Shown: piece after piece, positions 20,831 through 30,705 of the stretch
Position numbering within the stretch: the stretch's first letter is position 1
Layout of the letters: each line of letters opens with the position of its first letter
Source of the DNA: an uncultured delta proteobacterium
GTDB lineage: Bacteria > Myxococcota > Myxococcia > Myxococcales > Myxococcaceae
NCBI GenBank assembly: GCA_963776345.1
Contig: CAVZMH010000022.1
Span: 160,001-224,000, forward strand
DNA length: 64,000 bases
Direction: 5' to 3'
Made by a program: the position numbers and the translations under genes
Notes under the pieces: generated by a model
Databases searched by the model: none
Told to the model about the DNA's origin: nothing
What the model saw: only the letters and a program-made list of their open reading frames with translations

Positions 20831-22397
20831 CCAGCCGGCGGAGCTGCTCGTTGGTGGCGGCGTAGTCCTGGCGGCCGCGGTCGGCCGAGACCTGCTGCTC
20901 GAGCCTGGGGAGGACGGGCACCAGTTGCCGGGCCGCGGCGGCGTCGCCCTGCACCAGCCACATCAGGGCCTGGAGCACCGCGGCGCGGGTCTCGGGCTCC
21001 TTGTCCGTCAGGTGGTCGGAGAGCGCCTTGACCGCCTCCGACTTGCCCATCCGCCCGAGTTCCAGCGCCGCCCTCTGGCGGACCGGGCCCTCGGCGTCGC
21101 CGAGCTTGCTGGCCCAGCAGGCCATCGCGGCCTTGCACTGTGCGGCGGCCTTGAGCGGCCCCTGGAAGGCCTTCACCGTCTTCAGCCGGTTCGCCGCGAC
21201 CTCCTCGACCGGGAGGTTGCAGCCGTAGCGCTTGCAGTCGGCGGCGGTGAGCTTGGGCTCGTCGGCCGCCACCCGCTCCATGGTCGGCTGGTCGCGCTCG
21301 TCGCCCAGCATCCCCAGCGCGCCGATGGCGTACTGGCGCGCCTCCCACGGGCCGTGGGCCGCGGAGCGTTGCAGGGCCGGCACCGCCTCGCGCCCGCCGA
21401 TGAGGACGAGGGCGCGGGCGTACTCGGCGCGGGCGAGGGGCTCGGGCTCGTCGAGCATCGTCTCCAGCGCTTTGCGGCCCTCGGTGGAGCGCATCTTCCC
21501 CAGCGTGCTCGCCGCCGCCATGCGCGCGTAGAGCGTCTGCTCCGGGGCGGTGGTCTTGTACGAGAGCTGCTTCACCAGCGCCGGCTCGGCGCCCGTCGCC
21601 CGGAAGTCGCCCAGCGACTCGGCGGCGCGTACCAGCACCACCGCCTCCACCACGTCGTTGGCGCGGGCCCAGGCGGCGAGGTCCCGGTCCCGCCCTTCGA
21701 GCACCGCGGTGAGGGCGTCGGCGGCGGGCTTGCCGATCTGGAAGAGGGAGAAGCTGGCCTCCTGCGCGAAGACGGTGTTGCCCCGCTGCTTGAACATCGC
21801 CTTGAGGAGGGTGGGGACGGCGCGGGGGTCGCCCACCTCGCCCAGGGCGACGATGGCGCGCCGGTTCACCGCCGGCGGGCTCTTGTCGTCGAGCGCCAGC
21901 TCCACCAGCGTGGGCACCGCGGCCTGGGCCCGGAGCTCTCCCAGCGCGCCGATGGCGTCCTGGCGAACGTAGTCGTCCCGGCTCCTGAGCAGCGAGATGA
22001 GCGCCGGCGCGCCCCGTGGGTCCTTGAGGTCCCCCAGGGCCTGGGCGATGGCGGCGTTCATCCGCGAGGTGGCGCCATCGGCGGTGTTCACGTCCAGCGC
22101 GGCGGCCAGCGGCTCGACGCTCGAGGGATCCTTCAGCTCGCCGAGCGCGCGGGCGATGACCGCGCGGGTCTCGGGGCTCTTCTCCGAGGCCATCCGCGCG
22201 TTGAGCATCGGGGCGAAGCGCTTGTCGAGGCGCTTGCTGGAGCGGAGCGTCTCCAGCACCCGGACCTTCTCGCTGGGGCGCTGGGCCGCGTCGAGCTGGT
22301 CCTCCCAGTAGGCTGGAGTGCCCGGATCCTTGCTGCAACCGACGGCGAGGAGGCCCAACGAGAGCGCCAGTGCGACCGCAGCTGCGGTGCGTCCCAT
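20796..22397 (-). CDS. HEAT-repeat lipoprotein
   Basis: Lipobox LAVGC; repeated ALGELKDP, ALGDLKDP, ALGEVGDP units. Confidence 0.85.
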   Translation of the reverse strand: MGRTAAAVALALSLGLLAVGCSKDPGTPAYWEDQLDAAQRPSEKVRVLETLRSSKRLDKRFAPMLNARMASEKSPETRAVIARALGELKDPSSVEPLAAALDVNTADGATSRMNAAIAQALGDLKDPRGAPALISLLRSRDDYVRQDAIGALGELRAQAAVPTLVELALDDKSPPAVNRRAIVALGEVGDPRAVPTLLKAMFKQRGNTVFAQEASFSLFQIGKPAADALTAVLEGRDRDLAAWARANDVVEAVVLVRAAESLGDFRATGAEPALVKQLSYKTTAPEQTLYARMAAASTLGKMRSTEGRKALETMLDEPEPLARAEYARALVLIGGREAVPALQRSAAHGPWEARQYAIGALGMLGDERDQPTMERVAADEPKLTAADCKRYGCNLPVEEVAANRLKTVKAFQGPLKAAAQCKAAMACWASKLGDAEGPVRQRAALELGRMGKSEAVKALSDHLTDKEPETRAAVLQALMWLVQGDAAAARQLVPVLPRLEQQVSADRGRQDYAATNEQLRRLVTEVRRRGEQA

Positions 22398-22536
22398 CCG
22401 TCCCCTCCGTGGGTGCTGTCCTGAGAGCCCCCGGGGTTTTACGCCAATCGCCCGGCTGCTTTCCAATCCAGCGAGAGGCCGACGCCAGAGGCATGGCTCC
22501 GGCGCGAGCGAGGGTAGAGTGGTGGGCCGACGCTCC

Positions 22537-23082
22537 GTGAGCCCCGAGGCCTACACCCGCCGTCAGGTCCTGGTCGATCGCCGATTCCAGCTGAAGTACG
22601 CGGTGGGGCTGGCGCTGGGCGGCGCCTCGCTCTGCTCGGCCTTCGGAGGCGCGGTGTGGCTGGCGCTGCACCAGGCCCGCGAGACGCTGGGCCCCGAGTC
22701 GCAGGCGACACTCCAGGGGACCGAGACGACCGTGCTGGTGCTCGCCGGGTTCATGGCGCTGGTCATGTCCCTGGTGCTCTCGCTGGTGGGGCTCCTGGTG
22801 ACCCACCGGGTGGCAGGTCCGATGCGGGTGCTCCGCGGGCAGCTGCGGCGCCTGGCCGAGGGCGGCTTCCCCCGCTGGCGCCCCCTGCGGAGCCACGACG
22901 AGCTGAGGGACGTCTTCGCCGAGTTCCACGCCACGGTGGACGCGCTGCGGCGGCGCGAGCACGAGGAGCTGACCGCCCTCGAGTCCGCGCTGGCGGCAGG
23001 GAATGCGAGCGGCGGCCGGGCCACGCTGACCTCCCTCGTCGCCGCGAAGCGGGCGCGCCTCGACGGAACGGACGATGGCTGA
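22537..23082 (+). CDS. two-TM HAMP-like membrane protein without an output domain
   Basis: RRQVLVDRRFQLKY, two TM helices, THRVAGP...LRSHDEL; start approximate. Confidence 0.7.
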   Translation: MSPEAYTRRQVLVDRRFQLKYAVGLALGGASLCSAFGGAVWLALHQARETLGPESQATLQGTETTVLVLAGFMALVMSLVLSLVGLLVTHRVAGPMRVLRGQLRRLAEGGFPRWRPLRSHDELRDVFAEFHATVDALRRREHEELTALESALAAGNASGGRATLTSLVAAKRARLDGTDDG

Positions 23083-24094
23083 GCCTAGACGCGCCGCGCC
23101 CGCGCGCGGCTCCGCGGGCGTCCCCCTGGGGCGGGGGGCTGAGGCTGGAGGGGGTGGGGCGGCCCGCATCGCCTTCTTCGGCACGCCCCCCTTCGCCGTG
23201 CCGGCGCTCCGGGCCTGCCAGGCGGTGGGGACCGTGGTCGCGGTGGTGACCCAGCCCGACCGACCGCGCGGCCGCGGGCAGCACGTCACGCCCTCGGCGG
23301 TGAAGGCGGAGGCCGAGCGGGCGGCCTTGCCCGTCCTGCAGCCGCCGCGGCTCAAGGGCACCGACTTCGCCCAGACGCTCGCCGCGATGCGGCTCGACGT
23401 GGCGGTGGTGGCGGCCTACGGGCGAATCCTGCCCGTGGAGGTGCTGTCCGCCCCGCGGCTCGGCTGCGTGAACGTGCATGCCTCGCTCCTCCCGCGCTGG
23501 CGCGGCGCGGCCCCCATCCAGTGGGCCGTCGCCTCGGGGGACGCCGAGACGGGCGTGTGCCTGATGCAGATGGAGGCGGGGCTGGACACCGGGCCGGTCC
23601 TCGCGGTGCGGCGCACGCCCATCCTTCCGGAGGACACCTCGGAGACCCTGCACCTGCGCCTGTCCGAGCTCGGCGGCGCCCTGCTCCGGGACGAGCTACC
23701 CCGCTTCCTCGCCGGCGCGCTGACGCCCCGACCCCAGCCGGCGGAGGGCGTCACCATCGCCCGGCTGGTGGAGAAGGAGGACGGGCGGATCGACTGGACC
23801 CGCCCCGCGGTGGAGCAGGAGCGGCGGGTGCGGGCCTTCGTGCCCTGGCCCGGGGGATGGACCCAGCTCGGAGACCAGCTCCTCAAGGTGTGGCGGGCCG
23901 AGGTGGTGGCCGGCTCCGGGCCCCCCGGCGTCGTGCTCGCCGCGCAGGCAACGCTCGAGGTGGCCTGCGGCGAGGGGGCGCTGCGGCTCCTCGAGGTGCA
24001 GCCGGAGGGCAAGCGGCGGATGACCGCCGCCGAGTTTCTGAGCGGGCATCGGCTCCGGGAAGGCGAGCGTCCGTTCGGAGGAGGCGTGCCATGA
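23075..24094 (+). CDS. fmt: methionyl-tRNA formyltransferase
   Basis: FFGTPPFAV, VVTQPDRPRGRG, NVHASLLPRWRGAAPI, GLDTGP. Confidence 0.95.
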   Translation: MAEPRRAAPARGSAGVPLGRGAEAGGGGAARIAFFGTPPFAVPALRACQAVGTVVAVVTQPDRPRGRGQHVTPSAVKAEAERAALPVLQPPRLKGTDFAQTLAAMRLDVAVVAAYGRILPVEVLSAPRLGCVNVHASLLPRWRGAAPIQWAVASGDAETGVCLMQMEAGLDTGPVLAVRRTPILPEDTSETLHLRLSELGGALLRDELPRFLAGALTPRPQPAEGVTIARLVEKEDGRIDWTRPAVEQERRVRAFVPWPGGWTQLGDQLLKVWRAEVVAGSGPPGVVLAAQATLEVACGEGALRLLEVQPEGKRRMTAAEFLSGHRLREGERPFGGGVP

Positions 24095-25131
24095 ACGTGC
24101 TCGTGCTCCACGGGCCGACGCTGCAGTTCCTCGGCCACCGCGAGGGAGACCCGCCGGGGCTCACCCTGGCCGAGGTGGACCGGCGTCTGGCGGAGAAGGC
24201 GCGGGCGCTGGGGCACGTGCTCCGGACGGTGCAGAGCAACCACGAGGGCGCGCTGGTGGATGCGCTCTGGGAGCAGCGCGTCTGGGCCGAGGGCGTGGTG
24301 CTGAACCCCGGGCCGCTGGCGCTCGGCTCGCACGTGCTGCGGGCGGCCGTGTCGGCGTCGCGGGTGCCGGTGGTGGAGGTGCTGCTCGCGCCGGCGAAGG
24401 GACGGGCCACCGCGCAGCGGCGGTCGGTCCTCAAGGACGTACGCGCCGCCCACGTCGCGGGCACCGGGGCCGAGGCCTACCTCGAGGCGCTCGAGCGGCT
24501 GGCGCGGGCGGGGAGCCGCTCGGCGGCCGCGCGGGCGACGAAGACGCTGGGGCGGGCGGCCGAGGCCGGCCCGGGGCCGAGGTCGCGCGCGGGCAAGGCA
24601 CCGGCAAGCGCGGCGAACGCGGGGGCGGAGCGTGCGCCCCCGAGGGCCGCTCCGGCTCCCGCTCCTGCGCCGGCGACCGCCACCCGCCCCAAGACGCTCG
24701 GTCCGGCCCGCGGCGAGGCCGCGACGCGCGACCCGGCGGCCCGCGGCGAAAGCGTCGAGAGCGGCGCCGGCGCCGCCCGCGCCAGGTCGTCCCCGTCGGG
24801 CACGCCCGCGCCCGCGGTCGCCCCGGGCGTGGGGAAGACGCTCGGCCGTGGCGCCCCCCCGCCGCCGCCCGGGACGCGACGCCCGGGCGCGGGGCTCACC
24901 CGCGCCGAGGTGCGCGCGCGGATCGCCGACCGGCTCGCCGGGCGTCTCACGCCCGCGGGGCTCGCCACCTGGGCCCGCGGGGAGTGGGTGGCGCTCCAGC
25001 GCGGCGCGGCGGTGGAGGCCGGGCAGCGGGACCAGCTCGAGGAGGTGCTCCAGGCGCTCTTCCTGGCCGTGCAGCCCCGGGGGGCGCTCAGCGACACGCA
25101 GCTGGTGGAGTGGATGGCGGCGCTGGAATGA
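24091..25131 (+). CDS. degenerate type II 3-dehydroquinase (AroQ-like) domain + low-complexity linker + helical C-terminal domain
   Basis: VLHGPTLQFLGHRE, QSNHEGALVD, VVLNPG, PVVEV; catalytic Tyr and His absent. Confidence 0.8.
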   Translation: MNVLVLHGPTLQFLGHREGDPPGLTLAEVDRRLAEKARALGHVLRTVQSNHEGALVDALWEQRVWAEGVVLNPGPLALGSHVLRAAVSASRVPVVEVLLAPAKGRATAQRRSVLKDVRAAHVAGTGAEAYLEALERLARAGSRSAAARATKTLGRAAEAGPGPRSRAGKAPASAANAGAERAPPRAAPAPAPAPATATRPKTLGPARGEAATRDPAARGESVESGAGAARARSSPSGTPAPAVAPGVGKTLGRGAPPPPPGTRRPGAGLTRAEVRARIADRLAGRLTPAGLATWARGEWVALQRGAAVEAGQRDQLEEVLQALFLAVQPRGALSDTQLVEWMAALE

Positions 25132-26447
25132 ACGCCCGGGCGGTGGCCATCGACGTGCTGGCCCGCGTCGAGGCCACCGATGCCTACCTGAACGTGGTGC
25201 TGGACCAGCGGCTCGCCGAGGCGCCGCTGCGCGACCCGCGCGACGCGGCGCTGGTGACCGAGCTCGCGTACGGGTCGACGCGCCGGCGGCTCGGGCTCGA
25301 CCGGGTCATCGCGGGGTTCTCGGACCGGAAGCTCGCCGCGCTCGAGGACCGGGTGCTGGCCGCGTTGCGCATCGGGGCGTACCAGATCTTCCACTCCCGC
25401 GTGCCGCGGCGGGCGGCGGTGTCCGAGACGGTGGAGGGGCTGAAGCAGCTCGGGCTGTCGCGCGCCGCGGGCTTCGTCAACGCCGTTCTCCGCAAGGTCG
25501 CGGCGCTGGAGGCGATTCCGCTGCCGTCCGAGTCGGACGTCGCCGAGCACCTCTCGGTGAGGGAGAGCCACCCGCGCTGGCTGGTGGAGCGCTGGCTCCG
25601 CCGGTACGGCCGGGCGGGCGCCGAGGCCATGCTGGTGGCGAACAACGAGGCACCGCCGGTGACCGTTCGGACCAATGGCCGCGCCGGGACGCGGGAGGAG
25701 CTGGGGGCGCTCTTCGCCGAGGCGGGCCTCGAGGCCCTGCCCACCGTCCGCTCACCGGTGGGCTTCCGGCTGCCGTCGCCCGGGCCGGTGGAGGCGCTGG
25801 TCGGGTACGCCGAGGGCCGGTTCCAGGTCCAGGACGAGGCGGCGCAGCTGGTCGGCCTCTACGCCGCCATCCCCGAGGGCGCACGGGTGCTCGACGCCTG
25901 CGCCGCGCCGGGCGGGAAGGCGTGCCACCTCGCCGAGAGCCACCCGGTGCTGGCGGTCGACCTCTACGCGGCGAAGCTGGAGAAGATCCGCTCCGAGGCG
26001 CGCCGGCTTCGGCTCGACGACCGAATCGAGGTGCTGACCCACGACGCCACCGAGCCCTTCCCGGAGTCCATCGGGCGGGTGGACGCGGTGCTGCTCGACG
26101 CGCCCTGCACCGGTCTGGGGACGCTCCGGCGCCACCCCGAGCTCCGCTGGCGGCGGGAGGAGGCGGACCTGCCGCGTCTGGCCACGCTCCAGCGCCGCAT
26201 CCTCGAGCGCTGCCAGGAGGTCGTGCCGCCCGGTGGCCTGCTGGTCTACGCGGTGTGCAGCACCGAGCCGGAGGAGGGGCAGGACCAGGTCGACCTGTTC
26301 CTCCGGAGCCATCCGGACTTCACGCTGGAGACTCCGGCCGTCGCCGAGCGGCTCGGCTGGCCCCTGGCCCAGGGGGCGCTGCGCACCTTGCCCGGGCCCG
26401 AGGGAATGGACGGGTTCTACGCAGCGCGGCTGCGTCGACTGGCGTGA
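25128..26447 (+). CDS. rsmB: 16S rRNA m5C967 methyltransferase
   Basis: NusB-like N-terminus; QVQDEAAQ, DACAAPGGKA, DAPCTGLG, YAVCS. Confidence 0.92.
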   Translation: MNARAVAIDVLARVEATDAYLNVVLDQRLAEAPLRDPRDAALVTELAYGSTRRRLGLDRVIAGFSDRKLAALEDRVLAALRIGAYQIFHSRVPRRAAVSETVEGLKQLGLSRAAGFVNAVLRKVAALEAIPLPSESDVAEHLSVRESHPRWLVERWLRRYGRAGAEAMLVANNEAPPVTVRTNGRAGTREELGALFAEAGLEALPTVRSPVGFRLPSPGPVEALVGYAEGRFQVQDEAAQLVGLYAAIPEGARVLDACAAPGGKACHLAESHPVLAVDLYAAKLEKIRSEARRLRLDDRIEVLTHDATEPFPESIGRVDAVLLDAPCTGLGTLRRHPELRWRREEADLPRLATLQRRILERCQEVVPPGGLLVYAVCSTEPEEGQDQVDLFLRSHPDFTLETPAVAERLGWPLAQGALRTLPGPEGMDGFYAARLRRLA

Positions 26448-26519
26448 CCCGATTGATTTTTCGTGACCCGCGGCCGTCAGGACTCCGGCACAATGCTGCC
26501 CCTTCAAGGAGCTTTCCCC

Positions 26520-27322
26520 ATGACCCGCGTCCTCGCCGCCGCGCTCTGCCTTGCCGCCGTTCCCGCGCTCGCCTTCGAGGGCGTCATCGAGACGAAGATG
26601 ACCGTCACCGGTCCCAAGACGGGCGAGGGCGGCGGCTCTCGCTCGTTCTCCGGCAACGGGACCATCACCATCAAGGGCCTCAACTCCCGGATGGAGCAGC
26701 AGATGAACATGCCGGGCATCACCGGGCCCATGAAGCAGGTGATCATCCACCGCGCCGACGACCCGAACACCACCTACATGGTCCACGAGCAGAACAAGAC
26801 GTACCAGAAGATCGTCTCGGAGAAGGGCGAGCGCGACGAGTCCGAGGCAACGAAGTGGACGGTGAAGAAGCTGGGGAAGGAGACCGTCGCCGGCCGCTCC
26901 ACCGAGCACGTGCAGATGAGCCGCGTGGGGAGCGAGAACCAGCAGGAGGCGTGGATCGACCGGAACCTGGTCTCGGCGGGAGACATGGAGAAGGCCCTCG
27001 CCGCCGGCGACCGGTGGAGGAGGGTGGCTGGTGGCAGGCGCTGAAGAAGGAGGGGGTGGCCGGCATCCCGCTGAAGGTCGTGGCGAAGAACTCCAAGGGC
27101 GAGAGCACCATGACCTGGGAGGCGACCTCGGTGAAGGCGCAGTCCGTCCCGGACTCGGCGTTCAAGGTTCCTTCCGGCTACAGCGAGTCCAAGGGTGGCA
27201 TGGGCGGGACGATGAGCCCCGAGCAGCAGAAGCAGATGCGCGAGCAGATGATGCAGCGGCTCTCGCCCGAGCAGCGCGAGAAGATGGAAGAGATGATGAA
27301 GCAGCGCGGGGGCGGGAAGTAG
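26520..27322 (+). CDS. exported DUF4412-like protein, frameshifted at ~27011-27024
   Basis: Signal peptide ...ALA-FEGVI; KLGKETVAGRSTEH; second frame GIPLKVV...VPDSAFKVPSGY. Confidence 0.7.
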
Positions 27323-27356
27323 CCTCCCCGCCGGCCGCCGCCGGAGCGGCCGCTCG

Positions 27357-28250
27357 CTAGTCCTCGGCGGCGGCCGCGTCCTTGAACGCGTCCAGGACCG
27401 CCTGCGAGGCGCGGTCGAGGTACTTGCCCTTTCGCACTAGCAGGCCGATGGGCCGGGTGAAGCTGCCCTCGGCGAAGGGGCGGGCGACGAGCGTGCCCTG
27501 GGCGACCTCGTGCTGCACGGTGGCCGAGGGGAGGACGGAGATGCCAACGCCCATCTCCACCGCGCGCTTGATGGTCTCGACGTTGTCCATCTCCATCACC
27601 GGCTCGAGCTCCACGCCCTTCTCGCGGAAGAGCCGGTCCAGCGCCTTCCGGGTGGGGGCCTCGCGGTCGTAGGCGATGAACGGGGTGTCGGCCAGCGCGG
27701 TGAGCGAGATCTTCGCCTTGCCGGCCAGGGGGTGGTCCGGCGCGCAGACCACCGTGAGCCTGTCGTCGCGGAAAGGAATCACGTCCACCCCGGCCCGCGG
27801 CTGGGGGTAGGCAACGACGCCGATCTCCGCCGCGCCGAGGATGACGTCGTCGTAGACCTGATCGCTGCGGCGGTAGATGAGCCGCATGTTCACCTTGGGG
27901 TGCGTCTTGAGAAGGCCCTTCTGGATGCTCTGCAGCTCGTGGAGGCCCACCGAGTAGATGGTGGAGACGGTGCAGGTGCCGGCGACCTCGGCGGACTGCT
28001 CGCGGATCTCCTGCTCCACCTCGCCGAAGCGGGCGAGGATCTCCTTGCAGCCGCGGAAGAGCCGCTCACCCGCCGGCGTCGGCGTGACCTGCCGGGCGCT
28101 GCGGCTGAGCAGCTTCTGCTCGTAGCGGTTCTCCAGCGCGCGGATCTGCTGGCTCACCGCGGACTGGGTGACGTGGTTGAGCTGGGCGGCGCGCGAGAAG
28201 GAGCCAGTCTCGACGACGTCGCAGAACATCTTGAGCGACTCGAGTTGCAT
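27357..28250 (-). CDS. LysR-family transcriptional regulator
   Basis: GSFSRAAQLNHVTQSAVSQQIRALE; substrate-binding domain. Confidence 0.93.
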   Translation of the reverse strand: MQLESLKMFCDVVETGSFSRAAQLNHVTQSAVSQQIRALENRYEQKLLSRSARQVTPTPAGERLFRGCKEILARFGEVEQEIREQSAEVAGTCTVSTIYSVGLHELQSIQKGLLKTHPKVNMRLIYRRSDQVYDDVILGAAEIGVVAYPQPRAGVDVIPFRDDRLTVVCAPDHPLAGKAKISLTALADTPFIAYDREAPTRKALDRLFREKGVELEPVMEMDNVETIKRAVEMGVGISVLPSATVQHEVAQGTLVARPFAEGSFTRPIGLLVRKGKYLDRASQAVLDAFKDAAAAED

Positions 28251-28323
28251 GAGGCACCCTCATGTAGGAGACGGCCGGTATTAGCGTCAGTGGGTTGGTG
28301 ACGCAAGAGATCCTAAGGTCCGC

Positions 28324-29100
28324 TCATGCAGCCTCACCACAGTCCACGGGGAGTGCGGCTCCGGTGAGACCGGCTGCTGCAGGCGATGAGAGGTACAGGA
28401 CGAGCGCTGCCACCTCCTCGGGCTTCACGGGGCGGCCCATGGGGTTGCTCGCCAGGACGGCGTCCCTGGCCTCCTCGGGGCTGCGGCCGGTCTTGTGGAC
28501 CACCGCCTCGAGGGCGCGGGTGAACATGTCGGTCTCGGTCCAGCCGGGGCAGACCGCGTTCACGGTGACCGCCTTCTTCCCCCACTCGACCGCCAGCGCC
28601 CGGGTGAGACCGAGCAGCGCGTGCTTGCTGGCGCAGTAGGCGGACGTGTAGCGGATGCCCTTGAGCGAGGCGATGGAGCCGATGTTGATGACCCGGCCGC
28701 CGCCGGCCGTCGCCATGCGGGGGATGAGCGCCCGGCAGAGGAGGTAGGGCGCCACGGTGTTCACCTGGAGGACCTTCTGCAGCTCATCGGGGCTCGTCCT
28801 GTCGAGCGGGGCCGAGAGCGAGATGCCGGCGTTGTTGACCAGCACCGCGGGCACCGGGTCCGCGTCGGCGAGCGCCTGCGCCGCGCCCTCGAGCTGGGCG
28901 GGGTCGGAGAGGTCGCAGGCCATCGGCGCGAGCCGCTCGACCAGCGCGCCGGCCTCCTGTCGGAGCGCATCGAGGCTCTCGGCGGTGCGGGCCAGCGCCA
29001 CCACCGGCCAGCCCGCGCGCAGGAAGCCGAGGGCGATGGCCTTCCCGATGCCGCGGTTGGCTCCGGTCACCACCGCGCCCCGCTGCTGGAAGTCGCTCAT
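28324..29100 (-). CDS. SDR-family oxidoreductase
   Basis: TGANRGIG, NNAG, YCASK, NAVCPGW. Confidence 0.92.
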   Translation of the reverse strand: MSDFQQRGAVVTGANRGIGKAIALGFLRAGWPVVALARTAESLDALRQEAGALVERLAPMACDLSDPAQLEGAAQALADADPVPAVLVNNAGISLSAPLDRTSPDELQKVLQVNTVAPYLLCRALIPRMATAGGGRVINIGSIASLKGIRYTSAYCASKHALLGLTRALAVEWGKKAVTVNAVCPGWTETDMFTRALEAVVHKTGRSPEEARDAVLASNPMGRPVKPEEVAALVLYLSSPAAAGLTGAALPVDCGEAA

Positions 29101-29163
29101 GGGAGCGGCACCCTAGCCGGAGCGGCACCTGGTCCGGGAGCGTGGCAGAGTGCCTCGCCAGCC

Positions 29164-29553
29164 ATGCTTCACAGCCAGGTACGGAAGCGGGTCCGGCGGT
29201 TCCAGGCGGTCAGCCACGCCTTCGGAGGACTGAGCCTGGTGTACCTCGCCCTCGCCGAGGAGCAGGGGGGAGGGGTGCTCCCCTGGATGGCCGGCATCGC
29301 GGCGGTGCTCCTCCTGGGGCTGGCGGGCTGGGAGCGGTTCCAGCCCGGCGGACAACCTCCCGGCGCCGAGATCGTGGCCGAGCTCCTGGGCATGGTGGTG
29401 CTGGTGGCGGAGGGCGTGGAGAAGCTGCACCTCGGCAAGCGCTACCTTCCGTTCGCCTACTTCCTGGCCGCGGCGGTGCTCGCGCTGGCGCTGGTGCTTC
29501 ACCGGCGCGCGCACCGGGCGGGGCACGCCGCCGAGAAGGGAGCGCCGGGATGA
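29164..29553 (+). CDS. small multi-TM hypothetical protein
   Basis: Four hydrophobic segments; ATGA overlap with pfkA. Confidence 0.6.
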   Translation: MLHSQVRKRVRRFQAVSHAFGGLSLVYLALAEEQGGGVLPWMAGIAAVLLLGLAGWERFQPGGQPPGAEIVAELLGMVVLVAEGVEKLHLGKRYLPFAYFLAAAVLALALVLHRRAHRAGHAAEKGAPG

Positions 29554-30617
29554 AGACGCTGGCCCTCCTCACCTCGGGCGGAGACAGCCCGGGGATGAAC
29601 GCCGCGCTCCGGGCGGCGGCGAAGACCTGCGCGGCGCGGGGGGTGCGGCTGCTCGGCGTCCGCGACGGGTACGAGGGGCTCATCGACGGGCGGATGGTGG
29701 AGGTCGTCCCCGGGCCGTGCGCGCTGCTCGGCGAGTCGGGGCTCGACGTGCTCGGCAGCCAGGGTGGCACGGTGCTCGGCTCGGCCCGGAGCGCCCGGTT
29801 CCGTGAGCCGGCGGGGCGGGCGCGGGCTGCCGACGCGCTGCGGTCCGCCGGGGTCGAGGGGCTGGTGGTCATCGGCGGCAACGGCTCGCTCACCGGAGCG
29901 CACGCGCTGGTTCGCGAGCACGGCGTCCGGGTGATGGGCGTCCCCGCGTCCATCGACAACGACATCGGCTGCACCGCGCTGGCGATCGGGACGGACACCG
30001 CGCTCAACACCATCGTGCAGGCCTGCGACCACGTGGACGACACCGCCCGGGCGCACCACCGGGCGTTCGTGGTCGAGGTGATGGGGCGGGCCTGCGGATA
30101 TCTGGCGATGGCCTCGGCGGTGGCGGTGGGCGCGGACGCGGTGCTCTTCCGCGAGCAGCAGCGCGACGAGGAGACGCTGGTCCGCGCCGTGGCCGCCGTC
30201 ATCCAGGGGTGCTTCACCCGCGGCAAGCGCCGGGTGCTGATCATCAAGGCCGAGGGCGTGGAGATCCCCTGCACCCGCCTGGTGCGCCGGGTGGAGGAGC
30301 AGCTGGGGCAGGTGGAGGTCCGGGCGGTGGTCCTCGGGCACATCGTCCGGGGCGGACATCCGAGCTTCCTCGACCGGATGGTGTCGGCACGGCTGGCGTT
30401 CGGCGCGGTGACGGGGCTGCTCGAGGGAGCGACGGACGAGATGGTGGCCTGGAACGCGCCGCTGCCCGGGGGAGTGGCGACCCAGGACGGCTCGGTGAAG
30501 CGGTTTCCGCTCGAGCGGGTGCTGCACGAGACGGCGGCGCTCGAGGACGGCTCGAGCCCGGTGATGGCCCGGCGGCTCCAGCTGCTCCAGCAGGTCGAGG
30601 GCGTGCTGCCTCTCTAG
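29550..30617 (+). CDS. pfkA: ATP-dependent 6-phosphofructokinase
   Basis: LTSGGDSPGMNAA, GGTVLGSAR, IGGNGS, SIDNDI, VEVMGR. Confidence 0.92.
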   Translation: MKTLALLTSGGDSPGMNAALRAAAKTCAARGVRLLGVRDGYEGLIDGRMVEVVPGPCALLGESGLDVLGSQGGTVLGSARSARFREPAGRARAADALRSAGVEGLVVIGGNGSLTGAHALVREHGVRVMGVPASIDNDIGCTALAIGTDTALNTIVQACDHVDDTARAHHRAFVVEVMGRACGYLAMASAVAVGADAVLFREQQRDEETLVRAVAAVIQGCFTRGKRRVLIIKAEGVEIPCTRLVRRVEEQLGQVEVRAVVLGHIVRGGHPSFLDRMVSARLAFGAVTGLLEGATDEMVAWNAPLPGGVATQDGSVKRFPLERVLHETAALEDGSSPVMARRLQLLQQVEGVLPL

Positions 30618-30705
30618 GTCAGGGCGGCCGCAGTCGAGGTCCAGGCCAGGGTGTCGTCAGGCGGGCGATAGTCAGCGAGGTCAGGGCGGCCGGGAAGGAG
30701 GGGAC

